NCBI GenBank assembly: GCA_047495785.1
Contig: JBLDXI010000063.1
Location: 1-64,000, forward strand
Direction: 5' to 3'
Length of the DNA: 64,000 nucleotides
DNA from: Lepidodermella squamata
Taxonomy: Eukaryota > Animalia > Gastrotricha
The first letter of the stretch is position 1. Each line of letters starts with the position of its first letter. Position numbers and translations under genes: made by a program. Below, one piece after another: positions 19,548 through 30,668 of this stretch. The notes below the pieces were generated by a model that was given only the letters and a program-made list of their open reading frames with translations, was not told the DNA's origin and did no database searches.

Positions 19548-20000
19548 AGTAGAGTACAATAGCCGGTCCTAGACCAAACCCAAGGAAAGTGAAATAATCA
19601 AAGAAATTATGATTTATAGGGCTATATGGTGTGAGTGTATTTCCAAGGGGGGAGTATTGGGTTTTGAAAAAACTGGGGGTTATCGAAAAAAGGGTGTATG
19701 CCAGTGAATATGAGGTATTTATGGAGTGATTCGGCATACACCCTTTTTGAAAAATTGAGGGTGGGGCGGGGGAAATGGGGAATTAGGGGAAAAATAAATG
19801 GTGAATTTATAAAAAGCGAAGAGATAATGAGGGTGCAAAGGAGTGAAAGGGAGTTAATAAGTTTGGGGGGGAAATTTGGGGAATAAATTGCTGGGGAAAT
19901 TATTTCTAAAGGGAGCGTACAAGAGGTATAACAGAGGGTAGGGGGTAGGGGTAGGGCAAGGTGTATGGGTAAGGGTAAGGGTAAGGGTGAGAGGTGAGAG
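19548..20000 (+). repeat. Polinton left TIR
   Basis: reverse complement of 45446-45898; imperfect extension ~20078-20141 vs ~45325-45390. Confidence 0.95.
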
Positions 20001-20640
20001 TATTATCCCGCAGTCCCGCAGTCATCCCGCAGTCCCGCATCACGTGAACAAACTGCGGGATGCTGCGGGAGGAATTTCTGAATTGTGGGAAAATTCTGGG
20101 GAAAGTATTTTGATAAGGAGGGTACAAGAGGTATAACGGAGGTGATTTCAACGACATGGGGTGAGATGAAAGGATAGCAAGAATCCAAAGAGCCAAATAT
20201 CATTCGATAGCCTGCAATGTGTATATCATGTTGAGTCGAACCGATCTTTCGATTTGGTAACTGAGAATGAAATATCACTTGACGAAAATATTGTATTTTG
20301 AGTTTTGTTAGATTTATTCATCGACACTAGGTATGTTGAAAGATTGCAACCCAGTAATCTGCGGAGTTTCAATAAAACTTGAATGCCATGAAGGTTAAAG
20401 CAAAACATTTTCAATCTTTCACATCTTTCGCAGCAGTTACGCACACTTGATTTTTTTGGTGGATGACGATGGACTTTGACCCAGAAAATCGGAACATAAT
20501 TTTATTTTATTTATTTTATTTATTTTAATGTTACTTGCAACCATCGCCGAGGCAATTATAGCAAAATTATAAGAAAACAAAGAAACCCAATATTAGAGCT
20601 GGCGCCTCACTAATGCCACAATGGTTTTGTTATCCACACC

Positions 20641-21462
20641 CATAGATAAATCAATACAGTAGATCTGACACGCTAGTACATTTATGTGTGCCGAGATGAC
20701 TCATCACGATTTTTTGCTTTTTGGGTCGCGTGCCCCAAGAAATCACTTGATTAGGGTAATAATCTGTGTACGGCAAAACGTGAGCAGCGATCAACAGAAA
20801 AAGGCTGCCTATTTTGAAATTGAAAAATCTCAAAGAGCTACTGGCTACTTCTAAAGGGAGCTCTCCTCTACATGCTGGTATAAATTTTACGGGCGGCAAC
20901 CCTTCCAGTGATTGTTTGTGAATTTTCAAAGATACCTGCTTTTACCATGTTTTATACGCTATTTTTGCCGAGTTTCCAGTGATGAATCATTACGAAAAAG
21001 AGGTAAAATATTCCAAAATTACCAAAAAAATTCCAGAAGTGATTGAAAAAAATTTCATACGATAATTCGCGGATACAAAATATTTAGAATATTGTGGAAA
21101 CAAAAATAAATTATTTTGTTTGGGTTTTACCAGTCAAAAAAAACCGCGAATTATCCCTCACAACTGGTCAACTTGCCGGCTCTAAGGATTATATCAAAAT
21201 TAAGCTCATTTCAATCCCTGTCTCCGTGAATTTTTTCAGCCAAATCGGTTATGACGATCTTTGAGATTTTTCAATTTCAAAATAGGCAGCCTTTTTCAGT
21301 TGATCGCTCCTCACTTTTTGCCGTACACAGATTATTACCCGCTAGATTATCATCAAGTGATTTCTTGGGGCACGCGACCCAAAAAGCAAAAAATCGTGAT
21401 GAGTCATCTCGGCACACATAAATGTACTAGCGTGTCAGATCTACTGTATTTATTTATCTATG
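20641..21462. mobile_element. P-superfamily-like foldback MITE (822 bp) nested in the Polinton
   Basis: ~195-bp TIRs starting CATAGATAAA and ending TTTATCTATG; 8-bp TSD TCCACACC at 20633-20640 and 21463-21470. Confidence 0.85.
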
Positions 21463-23472
21463 TCCACACCGAACGACGATGCGCAGTGCAATATTACGTA
21501 TTACAATACAGAAGCAATCTAGGTCATCATGTTGGGGCCTATCAGAGCTTTTTATTCGTAAACAAAAAAATGGTTTTTATCCAGGGCAATTCTAGCAGCA
21601 TGATGCGTATTAGCTACCAGAAATTGAGGAATCACGGACAAAACACGCGTGACTGTGGTAGGCAATAGGCAAGGACAGGACCCGCCAATAAATGCAATAG
21701 CAAACAAATTATTTTTTCTAGGTCAATGGTCTAAGCACATGGCAGAGAAGCCTCTAAAAATAGAACAATCCAGGCACGCCACGTGGTCAACATGCCGGTG
21801 ACAGGCATGGCTTATCGACAGCCTCAGTCATTAATTTTGTGTTTTAAAGCATCCTCGTAGTTCTGGAGGGATTTATTTCACGACTTATTGTGCTATTGGG
21901 CTATGAAAATAGTAGCTTTCTATACTTTTACTTTTGTAATTCTCATCATTTTTCCAAACCAGTGGTTCTCATCCCCTGGTGGAAAATCTTCAACATTTTC
22001 TCGCTTCGCTAGCTTTTTGGTTGATATGACTAGTCATTTTGGCATAAACAGCATAAAAAGTTTTTCCATCGCTGGCAGCTCCGGGATCCAAGATCGCACC
22101 CTGTTTCAGAATTTTACATAATCGCTGCTTGTTTCCTGCAAAATTGGCCTACTCAGAATGATGTATACCCACATTTTTCAAAAAAATTCTCGCTGGGCGG
22201 CCATTATTCCCATTAACGATTACTAATGATTTTATTTTTCAAACCCATTGCGTTTTTTTTTACTGGCGCGTTACGAGCCAATTGTATCCAGCTAATAATA
22301 TATTGTTTTCTCCATAGATGGCTATTATTATTAACATGAGTAGCCTGATTCATGCGTAATGTGAAGCTTCTCCTGAAGGCAACAGCTCATTCATAGATAA
22401 GGTATGTTAAAGGTTACTCATTATGTTCGCTTGTGAATGCTTTTATTCAGCTCAAATATCAAATGTCACACGAAGAATGGAGAGAAATATTCAACACTGG
22501 AAGATATATGTGTGCAGTGTTAGCATTTGAAGCGAATTTCACCTACGAATTCCAACGAATTAAAGTGAGACTTTTTTATTTTTCTCTACTGAAAAGTCAT
22601 TGTTGCTTTTTTTTAAAAGCGTCATGCGATGTCACGCGATCTTCTGCATTTTATCCGAAGCTGTGCACGTTTATGATCGATCGCCGCCTGCTATCCTTAA
22701 TGAAGCTGGCTTGTTATGGGATTGGGTGATTAAAGTCACAAATTTCCTGAATTTCCGCCCTAAAACTGCTTATGAATATTCTGCTGATGAGCTCTAGTAT
22801 TTCGTCAAGCTTTATAAAAGCTTTGAAACATTTTTAGCGCAAATTGTTATTAAGAATGGTTTCTTGAAGGGTTTCTAGGCTGAAATGTGATTGTGTGTTT
22901 GCTGTATGACGACTTATATTCTTATTTCATTATTGTCAAAAAGGGATAATTCGTTGTGCTACGCTGAAATTCAAATTGCCGGCATTTGAATTTCAGATTA
23001 GCCCTCGGAAAATCTCTGTGACTTAATGAGCGGGAATATGTCTATATTCAGCCTTTTCGAAATTTCTCTCGTGCTTAATGATTTTTATACGCTCGAAATG
23101 TCGTGAATATCGTTAATTCGCCCTCAAACATGTCTCGCTTCACCATTTTCTCATTCCATATTTCGACCGACATAAGCATGTAACGGGTTTTTCATTTTTC
23201 AAACTGCCGGCGTTTGAAAGATGAATCATTCGTCTTGCATTTATGTCTGTCGAAATATGGGATGAGAAATCTGAAGTTGAGAAGGCGTAAACTGTCTGTC
23301 TTGTTTCTTCAACAATGCGAAGAATAAAAGCGAATGAAGTGATCACTGGAAATAATAAAATAATGAAATACCATCACGCCAATTTACATTCAATTCGTCA
23401 GTTTACTTAATGATTCTCCGCAAACTGTTTTCACGTCGGCATTTCCGGTGTTTCCGGCCGCATTCCAGCAAT

Positions 23473-23630
23473 CAGTGCGCGAAGCACGGGGAGGAATCAG
23501 GGGTATCGTACCCCCCAGTTCACAAGGCTAAAGTGGAAAATCCCCCAAAAAACCACAGGGGGGACCCTTTGGTCATAAAATTTGGGCCCGAAAATACCGC
23601 CCTAGTTCGAGGATCCTACTTCGCGCACAG
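23473..23630. mobile_element. hAT-like MITE (158 bp) nested in the Polinton
   Basis: TIR C[A/T]GTGCGCGAAG; 8-bp TSD CCAGCAAT at 23465-23472 and 23631-23638. Confidence 0.8.
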
Positions 23631-23778
23631 CCAGCAATCATCCAAGAAAAGCTTCCAGGCCGCCACGAACTGCCCCGCAGGATGTACTGAATTTGCGTAG
23701 CACAGAGGCTGAGCCATTATTGAAAGCGAGCGGACCTGATTGAATGAACACTCATTAGTATGTTAGCTGCTACCCTAG

Positions 23779-26700
23779 TCAGTTCGATACACGAGCCCTT
23801 ATCCGGGTATGTGCCCGATTCGCAATTACCGAGTGTGGCTCTTTCAAAGACGATCCTTGTATAGATCTTTGAGGAATCCTTCTCGGAAATATGCCTGCGT
23901 GAAGCAAGCACGCCAAAGACGAATCATGGATTGATTCATTTTTCAGCCAAGTTTCTAGCACCTCTCTGTCTTTAATGCCTGCTTTCAAATGCGTTTGAGG
24001 TAAATATTCAGCTGGGCGTTGCCCTACTTGAAACCATAAATTGTCTAATTCTTCTAGTTCGTGTCCAACCTTTCTGAAAGTTTCATCGAAAGTTCGGCAA
24101 AAGGAAGCGATGTCCGTACATTTTTCTTTACTCAAATTATTGTATAAAATATTTTTCAATTTGATGCGTGAATATTTGCATGCACTCGATAAGGACTTCA
24201 ACGTGTCCAATTTCTGACCAAGCTGATCCACCCTAAATTGTTCGTGTTCCTTGGCTATCCGGAAATGGCCGTGGGCGAATGACGTGAACCCGTCAGCTTT
24301 AACCCACCTTTTATCGTCATAAGGACAAAGGGCAACTTTGGTACTTTGAATGCTGTATAACTCGTGATTCACGGATCGAATTTGCCGAAATCGAACCCTT
24401 TCAATTTCACTGTTTAATAAGGAACTCTTATAGTTTTGAAAATTAATTATATTTCCGATACAATGCTTAACAACTCCTTTGGCTTTTACTACTTGGTTGG
24501 GTGAGTTCCTTTCAACAGAAACAGCGCTGACAACCTCCGTAGTAAACGCTAGCGATTTTGAACGATGGCCGACGAATTCAGTGATTTGTTCCAGAATATT
24601 TTCTGGCCTTTTCGCGCCATCTGCACCCGTTACTTCAATCACTCCGGTCGACACGTCCTTGAATTTCCCAATTACCTTATTGTTTTCCATGGAATGCAGC
24701 CTATGGTTCAACGGGTACGCCGAGCAATCGAGATGTTCTTTCCAATTTTCCATGTCCGCGTATATATCGTCGGTTTCGATGTGGTAACAAAGCGAATCTG
24801 TGTCAAAGAATAATAATTTGGCCTTGTCTCCGTATTTGGCTTTTATTACTTTATAGTGAAAATCAAACATCAAAAGCTTACTCAATTCTAAAATACACGC
24901 TCCGACAATTATGGGCTTATCGTAAAGTATGGAGGTTCTAGCCATGTCTACTGAGTATAAGCTCTCACTAACCCTAGTCGCATTTTTAAAATTCGGTCTG
25001 TTAATCAGCTTTTGCAGCTCGCATGGGGTTGTCGCCAGCTTGATGTCAATTCGCTTTTTGACATTTTCACATGTCTTTCCAAAGATCGAATTGTTCATCA
25101 GCTTGTAAAAGTCCTTGTCAAAGTCCGTTTTCGCGTTCTTCCTCATCGATGTGTTCAAGTCGATATAGGGCTCCAACCATTTGGACTGTCTAAAGCGGAG
25201 AACTTTGTGGACTTTCGTCAAAATCAGGCCTGCCTCCAGAGCTTGCTTCAGATTCCTATAATGAACCACGTAGTTCGTCTTGTGGCATAAATTCTGAGTT
25301 AGCTTAGGTCCATTATCTGGATTAGGCATCTTCAATTTGGCCATCATTGATTCCATGTAGGGGCTTGGAGCGCATTCCGTATGTTCTGGGAAAAATGGAA
25401 ACGCGTCATGAGCGTCGTGAAGTCTACGCGGATACATTGCGTCGATTGAGAGCATGTATCCAAATTCAGCTTCATCGCTCAGGCGCAAAATGTAGTCTTG
25501 GGTGAAAACAGAGGCATCGACGAACGCGAAGTCTCCGATCGGAAGCATTTGAGAAGCTGCCCAGCCATACAGGTTATTTGCGTCTAAGCACGTGATATAA
25601 GATTTTGGCATTGTCTTGTCATAATTTTTCATGTAAGGATTGTTAGCTTTCGCGTGCCTAAGAACTACGCCACTTATGCCCCCACGCACACTTTTTTCGA
25701 CAAATTCCAACATTTCATTGTTATTCAAAATACCGATAGAGGCTTTGGTGTACTTTTTTCCGGCGTCCCATGTTAGCCCTGGAGTGGTGAAAAAATGAGC
25801 AGGATCCAGCGAGTAACTCTTCATCGAAATAATTCTGAAATTTTCGAAGCAATCTGCTAGGAGAAGGACATCAGTTTTCAAATATGCATCGTGATAATCC
25901 TTCATGGTTTTGCATTTTAATTTATCCCACACGTTTTTAGCGTGATTGTATTCCTCGTCGGAGATCGGAACAGGCGCATCTTCTATTCTGCCGATGTCAT
26001 CGGTCACCAAGCTGTTCGATTTTAACTTGCTCGAGAAATGTTCCTTAGCTGGCAACTTAGTTTCTTGGAACCTCCTGGGGGAATTCATATAATCGTAAGG
26101 ATAAACCCCTTTTTTCAGCAGCAGACATCGCTGTTCATCTGTGAATTCCGAAAAGTTCGAATTCAAATGTTCAAATTTCCCCCCGGACTTCTTCAGATTC
26201 TCAATCATTTGGTCCAGGCCAGTGGACATGAAATTAAAACTGTCGATGAATCGCAACCGGCCAACCGAGAAACCGATGAATTTTTCGGAACTCTGCGCAA
26301 TAATGTTGATTTTCAGCGGCTTGAGATTTTTCTTCAACCTACCCTTGTTGAACTCTACAAGCACTTCCCCCAAAGATTTCAGAATCAAGTGACTGTCATA
26401 CCCTTTCAAATTATGGAAAATCACGGGAATTGCCGTTTTTTTGTAGCTGTACTCTAAATTACACGAATTATGAGCTGCACCACGGAATCTGCCTGTTAGA
26501 TGATCATGGTCTCGAACTTTTTCGTCTTCGGAAACCGGGCAGCTGCAAATATGGCAAATTGACGCCGACCTGAAGGACCTTTCCTCGGTTTCGCTCAGAT
26601 TCATTGGAACATTTGTTGAAGTTAGAAACTTGATTAGGTGCGTTGTCTTAGACAAAAGATACTCAAGGAAGCTGGCGCAGTTTTCAAATGATTGGTATTT

Positions 26701-28350
26701 CGAGGGAAGTGACGCGATGTCACTTTTGAAATAGCACCCGAACGAATTTGCCCGGTGGTGTTGATACGCAATCGAGTTAGTCCCGTGGTTTTTGTTAATG
26801 TCAACAAGAAAGCACTCGATGTCGCAATAAAAAGCAAAAGGCAAGCGAAGCTGTTTGTATACGTTATTAAATTTAATTGTATTGCTTTTTGGAAAATGCA
26901 CTCGTATATTTTTTTCGAAACCTACGCATTTGTTATCCAGAATGTGGTTTTGTCTCACTTCTTCTGAAGTGAAGCTGGTAAAACACTTGAAACACCAAAA
27001 ACGCGCGTGTTCGTTCTTGTTAGTGGATGCAAACAACGCACTGGGGTTTTTGATCCAGCTATAGTGGGCCTTTTCGTTATCAGTTGTACGCAACAGGTTA
27101 ATTTCCTCGTGATAACTCCGTTTGGATATGTAAAAGGGGGAGAATGTTCGTTTTTCATCATCATATTCAATTATATTCAAATTTAAAACATTTGAATCCT
27201 CTAATTTCTCGATATCTTCATATTTTATGGGAAAATCTATACCATCGTATTGCACACTATTCAAACACCACCTGTAATTGCTGACTCGGTCCACGTGATC
27301 TTTTGGCGGGTACCTACAGGCTAAAATACTCCAAATAATGCATTTATCGTCAGAGTTTTTAACGTTGACTACAGCATGTTTCCGTTTGATGTAATCCGGC
27401 GTGGGAATGTAGCTCCCTCCGGCAGTCGGATGATACCGGAAGGTGTTGACATCTGTGTCAACCATTTTATTAAATACGAACTGACTACCTCTCTCTTCAA
27501 AGTCTCGAATGCCGTCTGCAAGCATGGAAAAGAGGCCGTCGACAACGTCGGGAATGTCCGCCGCATTTGTGACTAAAGGTGCCGCGTTGCTTGAAGAGCT
27601 CCATTTAAAAATTGTGATGCACTTCCTCGTTATTTTGTGAATGAATTCCACCTCAGCATGAAGCACGACTTTAACTGGGCCGAGAGAATTCAATTGTCGT
27701 CGATATTCATCAATCACTTTCGGGCGTATGACAGAGGTGTATTTCAAATAATCGAAGCCTTGCACTATTGGTAACAGCTTGAGCATTGACGTGACTTCTA
27801 CGAAAGTGCCGAAGTCATCTGGTCGCAGTTGGCGGACGTAATCTGATTTTTCGAAACTATTCATTGAAGCAATGTAAATGTAACCCGCGCGGATCAGCCG
27901 GTTAAATGCCGCGCCTCCAATCTTTATTGGGCGATTTGTTGTGGGGTTAATGACTGATTCGGCCCTCCGAACGGGGATTTGGACGAATCCTCGCCCTTTT
28001 AAAACATAGTTATTTTTCTTTATTTCTTCGTATCTTTGACTACCGGTTAGGATTTCTGCACCATTTTCTGGGTCGAAAACGGTACCTATCGTATTATTAT
28101 TGGCGTACTCCATCAGTTTCCTATTTTGTCTATCATGAAAATAACTACCAGTTTTCAGCATACGGCGTAACTTGGGTGAATCGACAGGAATTACGGATCC
28201 ATCGGGAAGCTTTACTCCTTCTTTCAAGACTTTTCGTCTTTTGTCATAGTAATAGTTTTGACTCAAAAACTTGGTGAACGCTGTTCCATTAACTATGATT
28301 TGCCTGTGGGGAGCCACGGGATGAGGGATTTTCTGTTCTTTTCTAAGCAT
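23779..28350 (-). CDS. Protein-primed family B DNA polymerase (pPolB), 1523 aa
   Basis: Exo motifs YCDIE and FHNLKGYDSH; Pol motifs LDANNLYG, KLMNNSIFGK, FDTDS; endonuclease-VII-like Zn finger CHIC..RDHDHLTGRFRGAAHNSCNL typical of Polinton pPolB. Confidence 0.96.
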   Translation of the reverse strand: MLRKEQKIPHPVAPHRQIIVNGTAFTKFLSQNYYYDKRRKVLKEGVKLPDGSVIPVDSPKLRRMLKTGSYFHDRQNRKLMEYANNNTIGTVFDPENGAEILTGSQRYEEIKKNNYVLKGRGFVQIPVRRAESVINPTTNRPIKIGGAAFNRLIRAGYIYIASMNSFEKSDYVRQLRPDDFGTFVEVTSMLKLLPIVQGFDYLKYTSVIRPKVIDEYRRQLNSLGPVKVVLHAEVEFIHKITRKCITIFKWSSSSNAAPLVTNAADIPDVVDGLFSMLADGIRDFEERGSQFVFNKMVDTDVNTFRYHPTAGGSYIPTPDYIKRKHAVVNVKNSDDKCIIWSILACRYPPKDHVDRVSNYRWCLNSVQYDGIDFPIKYEDIEKLEDSNVLNLNIIEYDDEKRTFSPFYISKRSYHEEINLLRTTDNEKAHYSWIKNPSALFASTNKNEHARFWCFKCFTSFTSEEVRQNHILDNKCVGFEKNIRVHFPKSNTIKFNNVYKQLRLPFAFYCDIECFLVDINKNHGTNSIAYQHHRANSFGCYFKSDIASLPSKYQSFENCASFLEYLLSKTTHLIKFLTSTNVPMNLSETEERSFRSASICHICSCPVSEDEKVRDHDHLTGRFRGAAHNSCNLEYSYKKTAIPVIFHNLKGYDSHLILKSLGEVLVEFNKGRLKKNLKPLKINIIAQSSEKFIGFSVGRLRFIDSFNFMSTGLDQMIENLKKSGGKFEHLNSNFSEFTDEQRCLLLKKGVYPYDYMNSPRRFQETKLPAKEHFSSKLKSNSLVTDDIGRIEDAPVPISDEEYNHAKNVWDKLKCKTMKDYHDAYLKTDVLLLADCFENFRIISMKSYSLDPAHFFTTPGLTWDAGKKYTKASIGILNNNEMLEFVEKSVRGGISGVVLRHAKANNPYMKNYDKTMPKSYITCLDANNLYGWAASQMLPIGDFAFVDASVFTQDYILRLSDEAEFGYMLSIDAMYPRRLHDAHDAFPFFPEHTECAPSPYMESMMAKLKMPNPDNGPKLTQNLCHKTNYVVHYRNLKQALEAGLILTKVHKVLRFRQSKWLEPYIDLNTSMRKNAKTDFDKDFYKLMNNSIFGKTCENVKKRIDIKLATTPCELQKLINRPNFKNATRVSESLYSVDMARTSILYDKPIIVGACILELSKLLMFDFHYKVIKAKYGDKAKLLFFDTDSLCYHIETDDIYADMENWKEHLDCSAYPLNHRLHSMENNKVIGKFKDVSTGVIEVTGADGAKRPENILEQITEFVGHRSKSLAFTTEVVSAVSVERNSPNQVVKAKGVVKHCIGNIINFQNYKSSLLNSEIERVRFRQIRSVNHELYSIQSTKVALCPYDDKRWVKADGFTSFAHGHFRIAKEHEQFRVDQLGQKLDTLKSLSSACKYSRIKLKNILYNNLSKEKCTDIASFCRTFDETFRKVGHELEELDNLWFQVGQRPAEYLPQTHLKAGIKDREVLETWLKNESIHDSSLACLLHAGIFPRRIPQRSIQGSSLKEPHSVIANRAHTRIRARVSN

Positions 28351-28611
28351 TGTGGAATTTACGAGGGAAAATCGAGGATTTATATATCTATATATATTGT
28401 GAGGAGATTATATTTTTAAGCCTTTTCAACGCGCCAGTTAAGATTATGGATAGCTGTTATGGATCAGTGAGTTAAATTTTCATTTTTCCCAGGAGAATTA
28501 AAGCTCGGCAGGTGGCAATTTTTAACAGACCCCACAGTCAGTCGAGAATGATGAAACAATACTTAAAAAAATATTTTCTTATATATTTATATAAATAATA
28601 ATATAAATCCT

Positions 28612-28857
28612 ATGTCTGTCGGAATTCATAAAGTTAATGACATGCCTCAGCCAGCAGAACAGAGTCAGAAGACCCAACTCATCACAAGTGGATGTGCCAG
28701 TTATCCAAGATGGATAAAATATAGAACAGATGAAGAAAGAAAAGAAGGCTATAAGTCAGCTTTGAAAACTGCGCAAAAGAAGTATTATGAGAAGCGAAAA
28801 GCAATGGTAGAGGAGTATAAACAAATCAAAGCAATTATTTCCAACAACAAGGTTTAG
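28612..28857 (+). CDS. Small basic helical protein, 81 aa
   Basis: ATG directly after TATATAAATCCT; K/E/R-rich helix; divergent from pPolB. Confidence 0.6.
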   Translation: MSVGIHKVNDMPQPAEQSQKTQLITSGCASYPRWIKYRTDEERKEGYKSALKTAQKKYYEKRKAMVEEYKQIKAIISNNKV

Positions 28858-29017
28858 CAGCTTTGATTCTTCAGAATATTTTCCGTGAAATGCTATCCGC
28901 AAAGTCTGGTGAATAATTTTCTACATATAAAGTAGGAATTTACGAGGGATTTTAGCCTTACCATCAGGGCATATGAAATGTGACGGTTCCATATGCCTTG
29001 CATGCCAATTTAAATCA

Positions 29018-30622
29018 TTAATCAATAACATTTTCTGCATTTTCCCATGTGGGTTTGTCATAACCCGACCATTTTGTTAAAACCAACTCTTTTCCTTTAA
29101 CTTTCTTCCTATCCAAAATTTTCTCAACTCTATACACGTCATCTACCTGCTGTTTCGATTTTTGCATTTCTTGCTCGTAAAAACTACCGAAAACAGGCTC
29201 GCCGTCCATTGCCTCTATCTGGTATGTTCTCGGATATGTGTCATTTATTTTTACAACTCGCAATAGTTCTTCGCTCCATGAAGGGTGATACCCCTTTTCG
29301 AATGCGCCTTTTACGCGGCTTATCCTAATCACGTCACCCAGCGCAAATTTCGGCTTTTCTAATTTGTCTTCTCGTTCCGGGGGATTCAGCCTAGAATGGA
29401 CTTTGTTGTGGTTTTTGGGATCGCTGGCCTCGATGGGAGTCATTCCTATCGACCGATGCAGAGAATTATTATAATCACTGACCAAGCTATCGAGCATGTC
29501 AACCCAGTTACGGGTGTTGTCCAGTGTGAACCTTTTCCACATCTTGGTTTTCAAAGTTCGGTTGAACCTTTCTATTATGGGATTGTGAAAATTCTCATAA
29601 GTCGAATACCTGTTAACATTATTAGCTTTTAGCCATTTCGTGAACACAGCATTGTAAAATTCACTGCCTTGATCTACCCAAATATTTTTGGGCTTCCTGT
29701 TGCTTTCTCGGACCACAGACAAAAATGCATCAAAAACATTTTTCGCATCCTTGCTCTTAAGTGCGACAGCCCACGCATATTTGGAAAAGCAATCTATAAT
29801 CGTGAGTAAATACTTATGCTGATTATTTTCTTCGGATAAATCGCTCAGAAACACGATATCCATGCCCCAGGTTTCGTCGATGTCGTGAATATACACTCGC
29901 CTGCGGGGAAAATGCTTCCGGGCCGGTTTGTGAAGTTCCTCGGACAGAACGTGGAATTTGACTTTGCTTAAGCTTTGATCTGCATCCGTCTCTTTTTTCG
30001 ACGCTGGGACTGCTTGCGTTGTTTTGACGCCGCTTTCTGCTTTTTTCCTTGATCGTTTTGGTTGCGGAACCTCGCCGATATATTTTGTTCCAGTATAATC
30101 GACAGGTTTCCTTTGCCGCAATTCGTATCCTTCTCCGCAGCACTCGCGTTCTTGAGGCGGAAGCTCATGGCCCGTCAGCCCTTGACCTTGACCGCCATGG
30201 AACTCGCCTTCCCGACTGGAAAGCTCGTATACTGTAGGCACTCGGCCCCCATGGAATCTATCGGCTAAGCCTCCTTCGTGAAAGGTTTTGAAAACGAAGG
30301 CAGCCATGGCTCTCTCGTATCCGTTTTTAGAATCGTCGTTGGCTATCTTGAAAGCTTCTTCGGCTAGAAGTCTGTCTGCTCTTGTCCGCATTTCTCGATC
30401 TTTAAATTTCCAATAGTAATAGTCGTGAGTTTTAGCTGCTTTGTCCAAATCATTGATTCCCTCATATCCTTCCTTCATGCGCTGGACGAAATTTGTACCT
30501 GGCCCAGCGTAACTGTATTTCTGCGTGTTGTTGAATGATCCGTTGGGACGATGCTCCCCTTTGAACGGGTAAGAGGGAAGATGCAATTCTACCGGCAAGT
30601 TATTGATAATTCCGTCGAACAT
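29018..30622 (-). CDS. PLA2-like domain + retroviral-type (RVE) integrase + chromodomain, 534 aa
   Basis: YAGPGT...INDLDKAAKTHD (parvoviral-type PLA2); WGMDIV, IWVDQGSEFYN, IIERFNRTLK (DDE); YRVEKILDRK..LTKWSGY..PTWE (chromo). Confidence 0.94.
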   Translation of the reverse strand: MFDGIINNLPVELHLPSYPFKGEHRPNGSFNNTQKYSYAGPGTNFVQRMKEGYEGINDLDKAAKTHDYYYWKFKDREMRTRADRLLAEEAFKIANDDSKNGYERAMAAFVFKTFHEGGLADRFHGGRVPTVYELSSREGEFHGGQGQGLTGHELPPQERECCGEGYELRQRKPVDYTGTKYIGEVPQPKRSRKKAESGVKTTQAVPASKKETDADQSLSKVKFHVLSEELHKPARKHFPRRRVYIHDIDETWGMDIVFLSDLSEENNQHKYLLTIIDCFSKYAWAVALKSKDAKNVFDAFLSVVRESNRKPKNIWVDQGSEFYNAVFTKWLKANNVNRYSTYENFHNPIIERFNRTLKTKMWKRFTLDNTRNWVDMLDSLVSDYNNSLHRSIGMTPIEASDPKNHNKVHSRLNPPEREDKLEKPKFALGDVIRISRVKGAFEKGYHPSWSEELLRVVKINDTYPRTYQIEAMDGEPVFGSFYEQEMQKSKQQVDDVYRVEKILDRKKVKGKELVLTKWSGYDKPTWENAENVID

Positions 30623-30643
30623 TTCACAATGCTTATAACAGCA

Positions 30644-30657
30644 TTAGAAATTTCTAA
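30644..30657. promoter_or_regulatory. Palindromic TTAGAAATTTCTAA, putative bidirectional TCTA promoter
   Basis: perfect 14-bp palindrome between divergent integrase and ATPase starts, giving TCTA on each strand. Confidence 0.5.
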
Positions 30658-30668
30658 CCTGAATTAAA

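Noticed and set aside
20651-21668. Two similar ORFs on opposite strands suggesting a duplicated gene
   Set aside because: Explained by the ~195-bp TIRs of the 822-bp MITE
22780-22835. Hammerhead-like CTGATGA...GAAA
   Set aside because: Stem II and flanking helices cannot be formed convincingly
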